Part shown: positions 8,631 to 18,604 of the stretch, one piece after another
Layout: each line of letters starts with the position of its first letter
Numbering within the stretch: the first letter of the stretch is position 1
NCBI GenBank assembly: GCA_963740315.1
Contig: CAVUDP010000002.1
Location: 2,912,001-2,976,000, forward strand
Reading direction: 5' to 3'
Source of the DNA: an uncultured cyanobacterium
GTDB lineage: Bacteria > Cyanobacteriota > Cyanobacteriia > Cyanobacteriales > Nostocaceae
DNA length: 64,000 nucleotides
The notes under the pieces: generated by a model
Told to the model about the DNA's origin: nothing
The model's input: only the letters and a program-made list of their open reading frames with translations
Database searches by the model: none
Position numbers and translations under genes: made by a program

Positions 8631-11600
8631 ATGTTAGCTGACTATAAATACATTCTAAAACGAGTACTCAAGTGGGTAAATCTCCGAGAGGAAGAAGGTT
8701 CTCGAACATTACTGATGTTTGCTTTTTACGCGACAACCTCAGTCGGATTGCGATGGGTAGAAGATAGCAGCATTGCTTTATTTCTAGATAGATACGGCGC
8801 TAACACTCTACCATTGCTTTATGTTGCCAGTGCAGTAGTTGGGATTGGGTTAGTTTTTCTTTACTCTTGGCTGCAAAAGATTTTTTCTCAGCGATGGGTA
8901 ATTATAGCTGCGGTACCCTGCATGGTGATACCTTTAATTTTACTGCCTATAGGTTTGCAAATTACGTTACCTACAAGTTGGCAAATTTCGCGCTTGGCAT
9001 TATTTAGCGTGTTTTTATTGCGATTATGGGTTGATGCGCTTTACGTAATCAATCAACTCAACACTTCTATTGCAGCAAACCAATTATTTAATATTCAGGA
9101 GATTAAGCGCACTTATCCTTTGGTAAGTAGTGGTATTTTAGTCGCCGATGTAATTGCTGGCTTTAGTCTACCCACTTTAGTGCGATTTCTAAAGTTAGAT
9201 AAAATAATTTTAATTGGGGCTTTAGTTATTGTTTTAGGTACGACAATTCTATTGCATTTGAGTAAAAAATATCCCCATGCTTTTACCGATTCGCAACAAA
9301 AAATTAAGAAATCGCAAATCCCGCACGCTCGTTCTCTTTCGGTTCCTTTAAAACGTTATGCTTGGCGATTATTTGCCTTCGGGCTTTTGATACAAGCAAT
9401 AGGATTATTAATAGATTTTCAGTACTTATCTCAGATAGAATCGACTTTCCAAGGTAAAGATATTACCAGTTTTTTAGGCGTATTTGGCGGAATTTTAGGG
9501 CTGTTTGAACTCGCAACACAGTGGTTTGTCTCCAGCCGTGCAATCAAACGTTTGGGAGTGTTTTTTACTGCTGCAATTTTACCTGCTGGTGTAAGTGGTT
9601 TATTAGCAGTACTGGCTATACTGTCTTCCTTATCAATGACTTCAGCCTTATTTGGCTTTAAAATACCTGGTTTATTAATGCTATGGGGTTTAACGCTGAT
9701 TAAGTTTTTCGATGAACTTGTGCGTTATACCTTCGTAGCTAATGCTGCCACCTTACTGTTTCAACCAATACCCGAAAGCGTTAGAAGTCGCATACAAACA
9801 TTATCGGGAGGGTTTGCAGAAGCTGCTGCTGCTGGTTTTACAGGATTTATGATTTTGCTAACTCAGTGGCTTTTAACTCATTTTATACCCGTTGATTGGC
9901 AAAACTTAGTTCTGCTTCTGGAAACAGCAATTGTCGCCATTATCTGCGTAGGAGTAATTTGGGTATTGCGATCGCAGTATGTCGATCTGTTAGTCATGAG
10001 TGCAGACGGGGGGCACTTAAGCATGACAAATGTTGATATCCCTTTCTTCAAACGTGCTGTAATTAAGGCTTTACGAGAAAAAGGAAACGAGGCTGATAAA
10101 CATTCTTGTATAGAGCTTTTATTACAAATCGATCCCCTTGGGGCTGCTTCGGTTTTAGCACCAGAATTACCAATGCTTACTCCTACTTTGCAACATCGAA
10201 GTTTGTCAGTAATGCTATCCTACGATGTCAATCCCGCTTATTTACCTCAAGTACGCAGTTTATTAGAAAACCCTCAAACTATTACTAATCCAAATATATT
10301 TGCTTTAGCATTGCGTTACGTTTACATCGCAGAAGCTTCTCCAAATTTAAATCAATTGGAAGAATATCTAAATCCAGCACAAAATTCCGCGATCAGAAGC
10401 ACTGCCGCTACCTTATTATTAACTCAAGGGTCAACAAAACAAAAAGTAGCAGCAACCAAAACTCTAGAGTGGATGCTGACTAATAAAGAAGAACAAATAC
10501 GAGTTGATGGCGTTAAATCTCTTGCAGAAGCATCTTATTTACAATCCCTGCGGATTCATATTCCCTCATTATTAAATGATGAATCATTAAGGGTACGCAG
10601 TGCAGTTTTAGAAATGATTACTGCAAACCATTTAGAAGAATATTATTCAGAATTAGTAGTAGGACTTTATCATAAATCCACCCGGCAAGTAGCAATGAAC
10701 TGTTTAGTCAAACTGGGAAATGAAGTCTTAGCAATGCTATCAAATTTAGCAATAGACAACTACGAACCGGAAATAGCACGAGTATATGCCTTGCGAACAA
10801 TAGGTCAAATTGATACTTTAGAAGCAATTGATACTTTGTGGCAACATTTAGAGATATCTAAAGGTAAAATCAAATCTCATGTACTCCGTACTTTACTTAA
10901 AAGACATCAGCAACAGGGAATTTTGTCTTTAGTAGATAGTTCCTATAAAACCAGAATTCAAGAATTAATTGAAGAAGAATTAAAATTATTAGGTCAGATA
11001 TACGCTGCTTCTATAGACTTTAAAGCTCAAGGTGAAATATATGCTGCTTATATAGAGTTTAAAACTGGAGAAACTTTACAAAATTTTCACTCGAAAAAAA
11101 AGGTTGTAGCTTTGTGTAAGCTAGTTCAAAAATCTTTCAGAGAGCTAGAAATTGATATTAAAGAACGTTTACTATTGCTTTTAAAATTAGTTTATCCCTT
11201 TGACAAAATTAGCGCTGCTGCATCTAACCTTAATTCCGAATCAGGAGTAACTGTAGCAAGAGGTTTAGAGATATTAGAGCATACTATAGATTTACCTTGT
11301 AAAAATATATTACTTAATATTTATGATAGAAGACCACCCGCCGAAAAATTGCAAAAACTTGTAGAAGCGGGTTTATCGACATACGAACAAATGACAGTAA
11401 ACGAACGAACTAGAAAATTATTAGAATTAGAAAGTTCACTTTCAGATTGGTGTTGGGCTTGCTGCATTCATTTTGCTCAAGTTGCTCGTATTAAACTTAA
11501 ATCCATACAAATTGATGGAAGTTTGCGTCATCCTTGTGGTTTCGTTAGAGAAGCAATTGTTGCATATTTGATTGTTGCATCTCCTCGCTTATTTATAAAA

Positions 11601-11687
11601 GTTATACCTCAGTTAAGAAATGATTCACATCCTCTTGTGATTGCTCAATTAAAAGAATTTATGGAAAAGTATAAAGTTGATGGATAG
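8631..11687 (+). CDS. MFS/NTT-like membrane transporter fused to HEAT repeats
   Basis: About 12 TM segments in the first 450 aa, then helical HEAT-like repeats; followed by a cNMP-binding gene. Confidence 0.8.
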   Translation: MLADYKYILKRVLKWVNLREEEGSRTLLMFAFYATTSVGLRWVEDSSIALFLDRYGANTLPLLYVASAVVGIGLVFLYSWLQKIFSQRWVIIAAVPCMVIPLILLPIGLQITLPTSWQISRLALFSVFLLRLWVDALYVINQLNTSIAANQLFNIQEIKRTYPLVSSGILVADVIAGFSLPTLVRFLKLDKIILIGALVIVLGTTILLHLSKKYPHAFTDSQQKIKKSQIPHARSLSVPLKRYAWRLFAFGLLIQAIGLLIDFQYLSQIESTFQGKDITSFLGVFGGILGLFELATQWFVSSRAIKRLGVFFTAAILPAGVSGLLAVLAILSSLSMTSALFGFKIPGLLMLWGLTLIKFFDELVRYTFVANAATLLFQPIPESVRSRIQTLSGGFAEAAAAGFTGFMILLTQWLLTHFIPVDWQNLVLLLETAIVAIICVGVIWVLRSQYVDLLVMSADGGHLSMTNVDIPFFKRAVIKALREKGNEADKHSCIELLLQIDPLGAASVLAPELPMLTPTLQHRSLSVMLSYDVNPAYLPQVRSLLENPQTITNPNIFALALRYVYIAEASPNLNQLEEYLNPAQNSAIRSTAATLLLTQGSTKQKVAATKTLEWMLTNKEEQIRVDGVKSLAEASYLQSLRIHIPSLLNDESLRVRSAVLEMITANHLEEYYSELVVGLYHKSTRQVAMNCLVKLGNEVLAMLSNLAIDNYEPEIARVYALRTIGQIDTLEAIDTLWQHLEISKGKIKSHVLRTLLKRHQQQGILSLVDSSYKTRIQELIEEELKLLGQIYAASIDFKAQGEIYAAYIEFKTGETLQNFHSKKKVVALCKLVQKSFRELEIDIKERLLLLLKLVYPFDKISAAASNLNSESGVTVARGLEILEHTIDLPCKNILLNIYDRRPPAEKLQKLVEAGLSTYEQMTVNERTRKLLELESSLSDWCWACCIHFAQVARIKLKSIQIDGSLRHPCGFVREAIVAYLIVASPRLFIKVIPQLRNDSHPLVIAQLKEFMEKYKVDG

Positions 11688-11752
11688 TGGATAGTTGTTA
11701 GTGGTTAGTGGTTAGTGGATAGTGGTTAGTGGTTAGTAGATAGTGGATAGTG
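11683..11752 (+). repeat. Heptamer array (GTGGTTA/GTGGATA)n, left arm of an inverted pair
   Basis: Seen directly; complementary to 12172-12258. Confidence 0.9.
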
Positions 11753-11780
11753 TTTACTTGTTAAATATAAAAAAAGTAAT

Positions 11781-12179
11781 ATGGAAAAGTCTAATTTTGA
11801 AAATTTAAGAGTTTTTCAATTGTCTGAAAAATTAGCCGACCAAATTTGGGATATTGTTTTATCTTGGAATCATTTAGCAACAGATACAGTCGGCAAACAA
11901 ATCATTCGTTCTGCGGATAGTATTGGTGCGAATATTGCAGAAGGTAGCGATCGCTATAATTTTCAAGATAATCTACGATTTGTTAAAATCGCTAGAGCTT
12001 CTTTGCATGAAACAAGATATTGGCTAAGAAGGGCATATGTTCGTAAATTATTAACAAGCCAACAGGTTAATACAATTAAGCCTATTGTTGATGAACTGTC
12101 ACCAAAATTAAACGCTTATTTCAAATATTTAGAGAAAGCAGCAAAACAAGAAAAAGCTAAAAAAACAACTAGCAAATAA
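11781..12179 (+). CDS. Four helix bundle protein (23S rRNA IVS protein / Avd-like superfamily)
   Basis: FENLRVFQ, QIIRSADSIGANIAEG, RFVKIARASLHET.YWL. Confidence 0.9.
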   Translation: MEKSNFENLRVFQLSEKLADQIWDIVLSWNHLATDTVGKQIIRSADSIGANIAEGSDRYNFQDNLRFVKIARASLHETRYWLRRAYVRKLLTSQQVNTIKPIVDELSPKLNAYFKYLEKAAKQEKAKKTTSK

Positions 12180-12258
12180 CCACCAACAACTATCCACTAA
12201 CAACTAACAACTAACCCCTATCAACTATCCACTAACAACTATCTACTAACAACTAACT
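12172..12258 (+). repeat. Heptamer array (CAACTAA/CCACTAA/CAACTAT)n, right arm of the inverted pair
   Basis: Reverse complement of the 11683-11752 array type. Confidence 0.9.
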
Positions 12259-12266
12259 CTAAAATT

Positions 12267-12704
12267 ATGTTAACCAGCGTCGATCGTTTATTATTTGTAC
12301 GCCAAGTTCCGATATTTAAAGAATTACGGGATGATTTTATTGTTCGATTGGCTTCTACGATGAACGAACTTTGGTTCCCACCAAAATGCAGTATTTTTCG
12401 GCAGGGAGAAGAAGGACAATCACTGTATATTGTTGTTTCAGGAAAAGTCAAAATACATTTAAATAATCGAACACTTGAAGTTAAGTCACAAGGAAAATAC
12501 TTTGGTGAAATGGCGGTGTTTGATACTCAACCGCGTTCGGCTTCTGCTACTACAATAGATGCTTGTGAATGTTTGGAATTAACTCAAGAACAACTTGATG
12601 ATGCTATTGAAGAAACTCCTGAAATTGCCGTGAATATCATTCGCGAACTATCACGTTTAATTCGTAAGTTAAATAACGATAACAATGTGAATACGATGGG
12701 GTGA
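12267..12704 (+). CDS. Stand-alone cyclic nucleotide-binding domain protein
   Basis: IFRQGEEGQSLYIVVSGKV, FGEMA, PRSASA; no HTH. Confidence 0.9.
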   Translation: MLTSVDRLLFVRQVPIFKELRDDFIVRLASTMNELWFPPKCSIFRQGEEGQSLYIVVSGKVKIHLNNRTLEVKSQGKYFGEMAVFDTQPRSASATTIDACECLELTQEQLDDAIEETPEIAVNIIRELSRLIRKLNNDNNVNTMG

Positions 12705-13192
12705 AGAAAATGTCTGCTTTAACTGAAGCTCTAGAATTTATCTTCAATTGGATGATGCGAAATATGCCCAATCATCCTGCTGTGATGAAAAAAGGTTTGA
12801 GCCGTGACGCAATTGAAGCAAAAGTCCGCGAACTTCCGTTTTATTTATCTGAAGAAATCTATGAACTTTATGAATGGAGGAATGGAGGAATAAACCCTTT
12901 CATTCCTCATCCCGATGCTTGGGATTTAGCTACTTTCTTTTCATTAGAAGAAGCTATTAGCCAATCTAAAGAGTGGAAAGGTTCTTTTGATTTATTTCCT
13001 CTTTTTAGTGTGGAAGATGGCGGGTATTTCATTGTTGGAACGAAATATAAATGTGAAATTGCTCCGATTTATTGCAATGACATTCCCGAAGATGTAGTTA
13101 AACACAAACAGCCACTTTATCCAAGTTTGACAATTATGATGCAAGAATTAGCTGAAGAGTTAGATAATAGAGTTATATCTATAGGTTCGTAG
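12701..13192 (+). CDS. SMI1/KNR4-like protein (start probably 12710)
   Basis: GLS...IE....LPF.L.EEIYELY.WRNG motif. Confidence 0.7.
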   Translation: MKKMSALTEALEFIFNWMMRNMPNHPAVMKKGLSRDAIEAKVRELPFYLSEEIYELYEWRNGGINPFIPHPDAWDLATFFSLEEAISQSKEWKGSFDLFPLFSVEDGGYFIVGTKYKCEIAPIYCNDIPEDVVKHKQPLYPSLTIMMQELAEELDNRVISIGS

Positions 13193-13571
13193 TAGGGACT
13201 TTAGTCCTTTCTTGTCGCGCAATAAGAAGGGAACCAATGCCCTTACTACGAACAAAATGCGCTATTAAAAATTCGACATTTGTCCAAAAATATTTGCGGA
13301 ATTTCTTTACTATTTCGTAGTATGGACTTTAGTCCTTTCTTGTCGCGCAATAAGAAGGGAACCAATGCCCTTACTACGAACAAAATGCGCTATTAAAAAT
13401 TCGACATTTGTCCAAAAATATTTGCGGAATTTCTTTACTATTTCGTAGTATGGACTTTAGTCCTTTCTTGTCGCGCAATAAGAAGGGAACCAATGCCCTT
13501 ACTACGAACAAAATGCGCTATTAAAAATTCGACATTTGTCCAAAAATATTTGCGGAATTTGTTTACTATTT
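13186..13571. repeat. 128-bp tandem repeat, 3 copies, containing the 3' end of cobB plus a palindrome
   Basis: GACTTTAGTCC starts at 13197, 13325 and 13453. Confidence 0.95.
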
Positions 13572-14941
13572 CCCCAGTGCATATGAATATAAGAAGCGTG
13601 AAGATTTGACGGTGAAACCCAGCCTTCTTTCCCCGTAAATTCGTCGCAATCAAATCTATATGTTTGAAATAAAGGTTTATTAGAATCGGATGTTAAACGC
13701 GATCGATGAAATTCATGCCCGTAAATTGTTTTTCCTGCATCTATTAATAAACTATCTTGTAAAGCGATCGCACGACGATAACCCAAGGTTAAACGCTTAT
13801 CCATTACTGCTGTTGTTGGTAAAATTCCTACCATTTCCCAGGATTTACCCGTCATATCCACAATTTGCTCTGCACAATACATCAACCCACCACATTCGGC
13901 GATTGTGGGCATTCCCGATAAAATTGCTGCTTTTACAGCGTCGCGTGCGCTAATATTTCTAGATAATTGTTCGGCGAAAACTTCTGGAAAACCACCCCCA
14001 AAATACATTCCTCCGATATTTTCGGGTAATTTAGTATCCTTTAAAGGACTCCAAAAAACTAATTCTGCACCAAAAGTTTGTAATAAATCAAGATTGTCTT
14101 GGTAGTAGAAATTGAAAGCTTTGTCGTATGCGACGGCGATTTTAATTGGGGAAGAGTGAGAGGGGGAAGAGGGGGTAGAAATTTCTAATGTGTCCCTTTG
14201 TCTCCTTGTCTCCTTGTCTCCTTGTCTCCTCATCCGCTTGTCTCTTAATAAAAGCGGTAATAATTTTTCCCAGTCGAAGCAATTTTCGCCGAGATTTACT
14301 AGTTTATCGATTAATTGATTTAATTCGGGAAGCTCTGCTGTTGGTACTAAACCTAAATGGCGATCGCTAATTGTAATATTATCTTGTCGCTTCAGTACAC
14401 CAAGTATGGGAATTTGTAAAGGTTCTAGGGAATTTTTGAGGAGAGATAAATGGCGATCGCTACCGACGCGGTTTAATATTACTCCGGCAATTTGAATTTC
14501 TTTGTCAAAGGAACAGTAACCATGAACGATTGCAGCAACTGAACCAGATAACCGACTGCAATCAACAACTAATAATACGGGTAAATTTAATAACTTAGCA
14601 ATATGAGCCGTGCTGGCAAAATTAACTGCTCCTTTTAAAGCTTTTTCTTGATTTTCCGCAACACCATCAAATAATCCCATTACTCCTTCAATTAAAGTAT
14701 ATTCACTGGAATTAGAGTATTTCTCAAAACACTCTTTTACATAATTTTCAGAAGTTAAAACTGGGTCTAAATTACGACAAGCACGACCTGTAACGTACTT
14801 GTGAAACATTGGATCGATGTAATCTGGTCCCACTTTAAAAGACTGTAAAAGCAAACCACGCCGGGATAAACACGACAACAATGTGAGCGTAACCGTAGTT
14901 TTGCCCACCCCGCTGCGTTCTCCTGCAATAATCAAAGCCAT
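13502..14941 (-). CDS. cobB: Cobyrinate a,c-diamide synthase
   Basis: SGVGKTT, FKVGPDYIDP, IEGVMGLFDG, AECGGLMY, GHEFH. Confidence 0.95.
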   Translation of the reverse strand: MALIIAGERSGVGKTTVTLTLLSCLSRRGLLLQSFKVGPDYIDPMFHKYVTGRACRNLDPVLTSENYVKECFEKYSNSSEYTLIEGVMGLFDGVAENQEKALKGAVNFASTAHIAKLLNLPVLLVVDCSRLSGSVAAIVHGYCSFDKEIQIAGVILNRVGSDRHLSLLKNSLEPLQIPILGVLKRQDNITISDRHLGLVPTAELPELNQLIDKLVNLGENCFDWEKLLPLLLRDKRMRRQGDKETRRQRDTLEISTPSSPSHSSPIKIAVAYDKAFNFYYQDNLDLLQTFGAELVFWSPLKDTKLPENIGGMYFGGGFPEVFAEQLSRNISARDAVKAAILSGMPTIAECGGLMYCAEQIVDMTGKSWEMVGILPTTAVMDKRLTLGYRRAIALQDSLLIDAGKTIYGHEFHRSRLTSDSNKPLFQTYRFDCDEFTGKEGWVSPSNLHASYIHMHWGNSKQIPQIFLDKCRIFNSAFCS

Positions 14942-15209
14942 GAATTGAAAGTTAAAAGTTAGGAGTTAGGACCACCGGAGTTAAGAGTTAGGAGTTAAGA
15001 GTTAAGAGTTAGGAGTGATGAATTATGAATTATGAATTATACAGGTATTTTTGCCTATTATTCGTTAATAATTGTTTTTAAGAAATATGGGCAATGGGGA
15101 TGTTCCGATAAAAAAAGGCGATCGATCGCTTCCATTCTTGTTACATATCAAAATAAAGAAAGACGTTGCACTGCAACGTCTCTACATAATAATTCCTAAT
15201 TCCTAATTG

Positions 15210-16592
15210 CTAACTCTTTTTCGCTAATTTAATCAATTGGGTTGTAAGTCCTAAACTTTCTTCAAAAAGCGCTTCTTTACCCCAACGCTGTACTTGTTGA
15301 GAAAGTAAAATTTCGGCTTTTTGCTCGGAAAGTGAAGTGATTTGTTGAAATACGCCTGCTGCTTGGGCACCACCGTGGGTTTCCATTCGCATACAGCCGC
15401 CGGTTTCGGAACAAATTAAGGTACCGCAGTTTGCGTCGGGATTGGTAGAACTTAAGCGTATGGCAATTAAATCGCCGGGAATATCGCCAACATCGGCTAC
15501 TGGAACTCCTGCTATTTCGGTTTCTATTTCCCTTTGATCCGAAGCCATGAACTTAAAGCGTCTAATATTGTAGTCGCCAAGTTCTTGTTCGTAGGAAACC
15601 GCACGCCAATTCAAACGACTTGCTAACCAACCCAAAAATAATAATGCTTGGGTAGGATTGCCTTTTTCATAGTCGATATTTACTTTATCAACTTCTGTTA
15701 AAGCTCTACGTCGGGCTGGTGCGTCGTAAGCTTCTGCTGTCAATTCTTGCCATCCTCCTACACGCCGCCAGTTTAAATCTGCTAGGGGAATGCCTTTCTC
15801 TATCAACGCTTGCAGACTGAGTAAGTCGTTTTCTGGTTCGTTAAAGTTGCAAGAATCAACAATAACGTTATCGCATACGGCTGAAAGTCTTTTGAATAAT
15901 GCGTTGTCGGGATCTGGTGTTGCTTTCCACCAAATAAACTTGGGTAAACCACCAATTAATAATTCTGGAATCATACCACCAATACGTTCTAAAGCTGTGG
16001 CAGTTCCGGTTAGAGTAATGTATTCGCAACAAACCAGCGAAGATGATGATTGTTTTTGAATCGGACAATAAGCTGAAACTTGTGCTTTAACGCCTTCATC
16101 TTCACCAACGGTGGGTATCAAACTAATGATGCGGCAGGGGTTACGCAAAGCGATTTCGTCAGCAATTCTGGCGCTGGCTGCATCTGGACTGAATTCAGCA
16201 GCAGTAGCACCGTTATTATCTGAGGTGCTACCACCGCCATGAAGTTTTGCAAGTTCTTCCCGCAGTCGCGCTAAAACTTGCTGACTCGTTTTACCAGTTC
16301 GTTCCAAACCGAGAGCTTTCTGGGCATCTCGCAGTGCGGATACGGTTTGCGGTCCAAGGATACCATCAATCGGACCGTTGTAATATCCTAAAGCAGCCAG
16401 CAAATACTGAGTTTGTTCTGGTTCGTAAACCACCAAAGTAAATGTAGTGGCTCGCGTAGCCGCAGGAAGCGCTCCATCTTCACCGCCAATACCGTAACTT
16501 TGCCAAATTTTATTTAGTTCGGCTTCAATTTCGTTGAGCGAAATATCTTTAGGAGCCTGGAGTGAAAAAATAGTGGGTGCGTGTGTTGTCAT
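15210..16592 (-). CDS. opcA: Glucose-6-phosphate dehydrogenase assembly protein OpcA, with an inserted peptidoglycan-binding-like domain
   Basis: RATTFTLVVYEP, SAYCP..CCEYITL, DLNWRR; insert LGYYNGPIDGILGPQT; directly downstream of zwf. Confidence 0.95.
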   Translation of the reverse strand: MTTHAPTIFSLQAPKDISLNEIEAELNKIWQSYGIGGEDGALPAATRATTFTLVVYEPEQTQYLLAALGYYNGPIDGILGPQTVSALRDAQKALGLERTGKTSQQVLARLREELAKLHGGGSTSDNNGATAAEFSPDAASARIADEIALRNPCRIISLIPTVGEDEGVKAQVSAYCPIQKQSSSSLVCCEYITLTGTATALERIGGMIPELLIGGLPKFIWWKATPDPDNALFKRLSAVCDNVIVDSCNFNEPENDLLSLQALIEKGIPLADLNWRRVGGWQELTAEAYDAPARRRALTEVDKVNIDYEKGNPTQALLFLGWLASRLNWRAVSYEQELGDYNIRRFKFMASDQREIETEIAGVPVADVGDIPGDLIAIRLSSTNPDANCGTLICSETGGCMRMETHGGAQAAGVFQQITSLSEQKAEILLSQQVQRWGKEALFEESLGLTTQLIKLAKKS

Positions 16593-16841
16593 AACAATTT
16601 TGGATTTTGGATTTTGGATTTTGGATTAAAGTTTTAGATTTTGGATTTGCGGATGAGAATTTAGAACTTACGTAGTACTGTGAATTGAAAATGCCTCATA
16701 CCCTACAAGGGTTCTAATACTTACCTTCTTCTGAAGATTTTAGAATCATCAACGCTCTACAAGCTATTTGCAGCAATCAATTCACCATCTTGGGTAAATC
16801 TGGATTCTCAATCCAAAATCCAAAATCTAAAATCTAAAATT

Positions 16842-18371
16842 CTATAGTCTGCGCCAACGGCGACCGTCTCTGTTAATCAATTGTTCTGCTTCTACGGGTT
16901 CCCAGGTACCTGCTTCGTATCGGGGAACTGTTGCTGGGTCTGCTGGTGCATCCCATGCGCTTAATATTGGTGTCACTACTTGCCAAGCAGCTTCTACTTC
17001 GTCTCCTCTGGTAAACAAAGTTTGGTCGCCCATCATACAGTCAAGAAATAGGCGATCGTATGCATCGGATTTCGCTTGCAGACCAAATGAACCGTAAGTA
17101 AAGTCCATGTCAACGGCACGAGTGCGGAAATCTCCTCCGGGCACTTTCACGTCAAAACGCAGGGAAATTCCTTCGTTTGGCTGAATCCGCATTGTCAAAA
17201 CATTGGCACTTTTCTGTTGTGCGGCGGATGTAAACATCTGTGAAGGAACTTCGCGGAAGTGGATGGAAATCTCACTGACTTTTTTGGGCATCCGCTTCCC
17301 AGTACGCAGGTAAAAGGGAACTCCTTTCCAACGCCAGTTATCAACTACAAATTTTGTCGCTACAAAAGTAGGCGTTGTCGATTTTTCGTCTACTCCTGGT
17401 TCTTCGTGATACCCAGGTACGTGTTCGCCTTTCATCCAGCCTGCGCTGTATTGACCGCGTACTGCTGAATACGCCAAATCTTGTACGTCAGCTAATCTAG
17501 TAGCTTTTAAAACTTTTACTTTTTCAGTACGGATACTGTCGGCATCCATTGCGTTAGGAGCTTCCATTGCAGTCAAGCAGTAAAGCTGCATCAAGTGATT
17601 TTGCAACATATCCCGCAACGCACCGGAGCTTTCGTAATAACCAGCCCGGTCTTCAACTCCTACAGTTTCTGCTACTGTTATCTGTACGTGGTCTACAAAA
17701 TGACGATTCCACAATGGTTCAAAAATAGCATTTGCGAAGCGGAATACTAATAAGTTTTGAACCGTTTCTTTACCTAAATAGTGGTCAATCCGATAAACCT
17801 GTTCTTCTTTACAATATTTCTGTACGATTTGATTAAGATTTTTCGCAGATGCTAAATCTCGACCAAAAGGTTTTTCAATTACCAAACGATGTTTGTCGGC
17901 ATCTTCAAGCATTCCCATAGAACCTAATTGCTTGATAGCTTCGGGGAAAAACTTGGGAGCAACAGAAAGGTAGAATAAACGATTACCTCTTGTATTCCGC
18001 TTCTCATCTAATTCACTGAGAAGCTCGTTGAGCTTTTGGTAGCTTTCTGGGTCGTCGATATTACCAGGACAGTAAAAAAGACCGTTGGAAAAATCTTTCC
18101 ATAACTCTTCGGGACCCACACCATCGTGGGCTTCTTCCATACCCTTACGCATCTGCTCGCGGAAATATTCGTGGCTCCATTCCCGTCGCGCTACGCCAAC
18201 AATAGTAGTTTCTGGTGGAATCCGTCTTTCTTGTCGCAATTTGTACAGTGCTGGTACTAGTTTGCGCCAAGTTAAATCACCGGAAGCACCAAAAATAACA
18301 ATTATTTGGGGTTCAGCCATTCCTTGCTGTTGCAAGCCAACCCGCAGTGGATTTTCTAGCACACTAACCAT
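16842..18371 (-). CDS. zwf: Glucose-6-phosphate 1-dehydrogenase
   Basis: [20 protein letters not shown]. Confidence 0.98.
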   Translation of the reverse strand: MVSVLENPLRVGLQQQGMAEPQIIVIFGASGDLTWRKLVPALYKLRQERRIPPETTIVGVARREWSHEYFREQMRKGMEEAHDGVGPEELWKDFSNGLFYCPGNIDDPESYQKLNELLSELDEKRNTRGNRLFYLSVAPKFFPEAIKQLGSMGMLEDADKHRLVIEKPFGRDLASAKNLNQIVQKYCKEEQVYRIDHYLGKETVQNLLVFRFANAIFEPLWNRHFVDHVQITVAETVGVEDRAGYYESSGALRDMLQNHLMQLYCLTAMEAPNAMDADSIRTEKVKVLKATRLADVQDLAYSAVRGQYSAGWMKGEHVPGYHEEPGVDEKSTTPTFVATKFVVDNWRWKGVPFYLRTGKRMPKKVSEISIHFREVPSQMFTSAAQQKSANVLTMRIQPNEGISLRFDVKVPGGDFRTRAVDMDFTYGSFGLQAKSDAYDRLFLDCMMGDQTLFTRGDEVEAAWQVVTPILSAWDAPADPATVPRYEAGTWEPVEAEQLINRDGRRWRRL

Positions 18372-18604
18372 AATGAGTGATTTTGGATTTTAGATTTACA
18401 TTTGCGGGGCATGGGACATGGGGCATGGGATTTTGGATTTTGGATTGGGAGTATTGAGTATTGAGTATTGAGTATTGAGTTGGGAATTAGGAGTATTGAG
18501 TTATTTATCTCCTTGTCCCCTTTTCCCCTTGTCCGCCCATCCCCCCATCTCCCTATCTCCAATGCCCAATTCCCGATGCCCAATTCCCTATTACCCATTA
18601 ATTA

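Noticed and set aside
11781..12179. Diversity-generating retroelement (Avd)
   Set aside because: No reverse transcriptase or TR/VR pair in the window.
13186..13571. CRISPR array
   Set aside because: The apparent spacers are identical copies of the cobB 3' end, and there are no cas genes.
16250..16420. Novel domain insertion in OpcA
   Set aside because: To my knowledge the peptidoglycan-binding-like insert is a normal feature of cyanobacterial OpcA.
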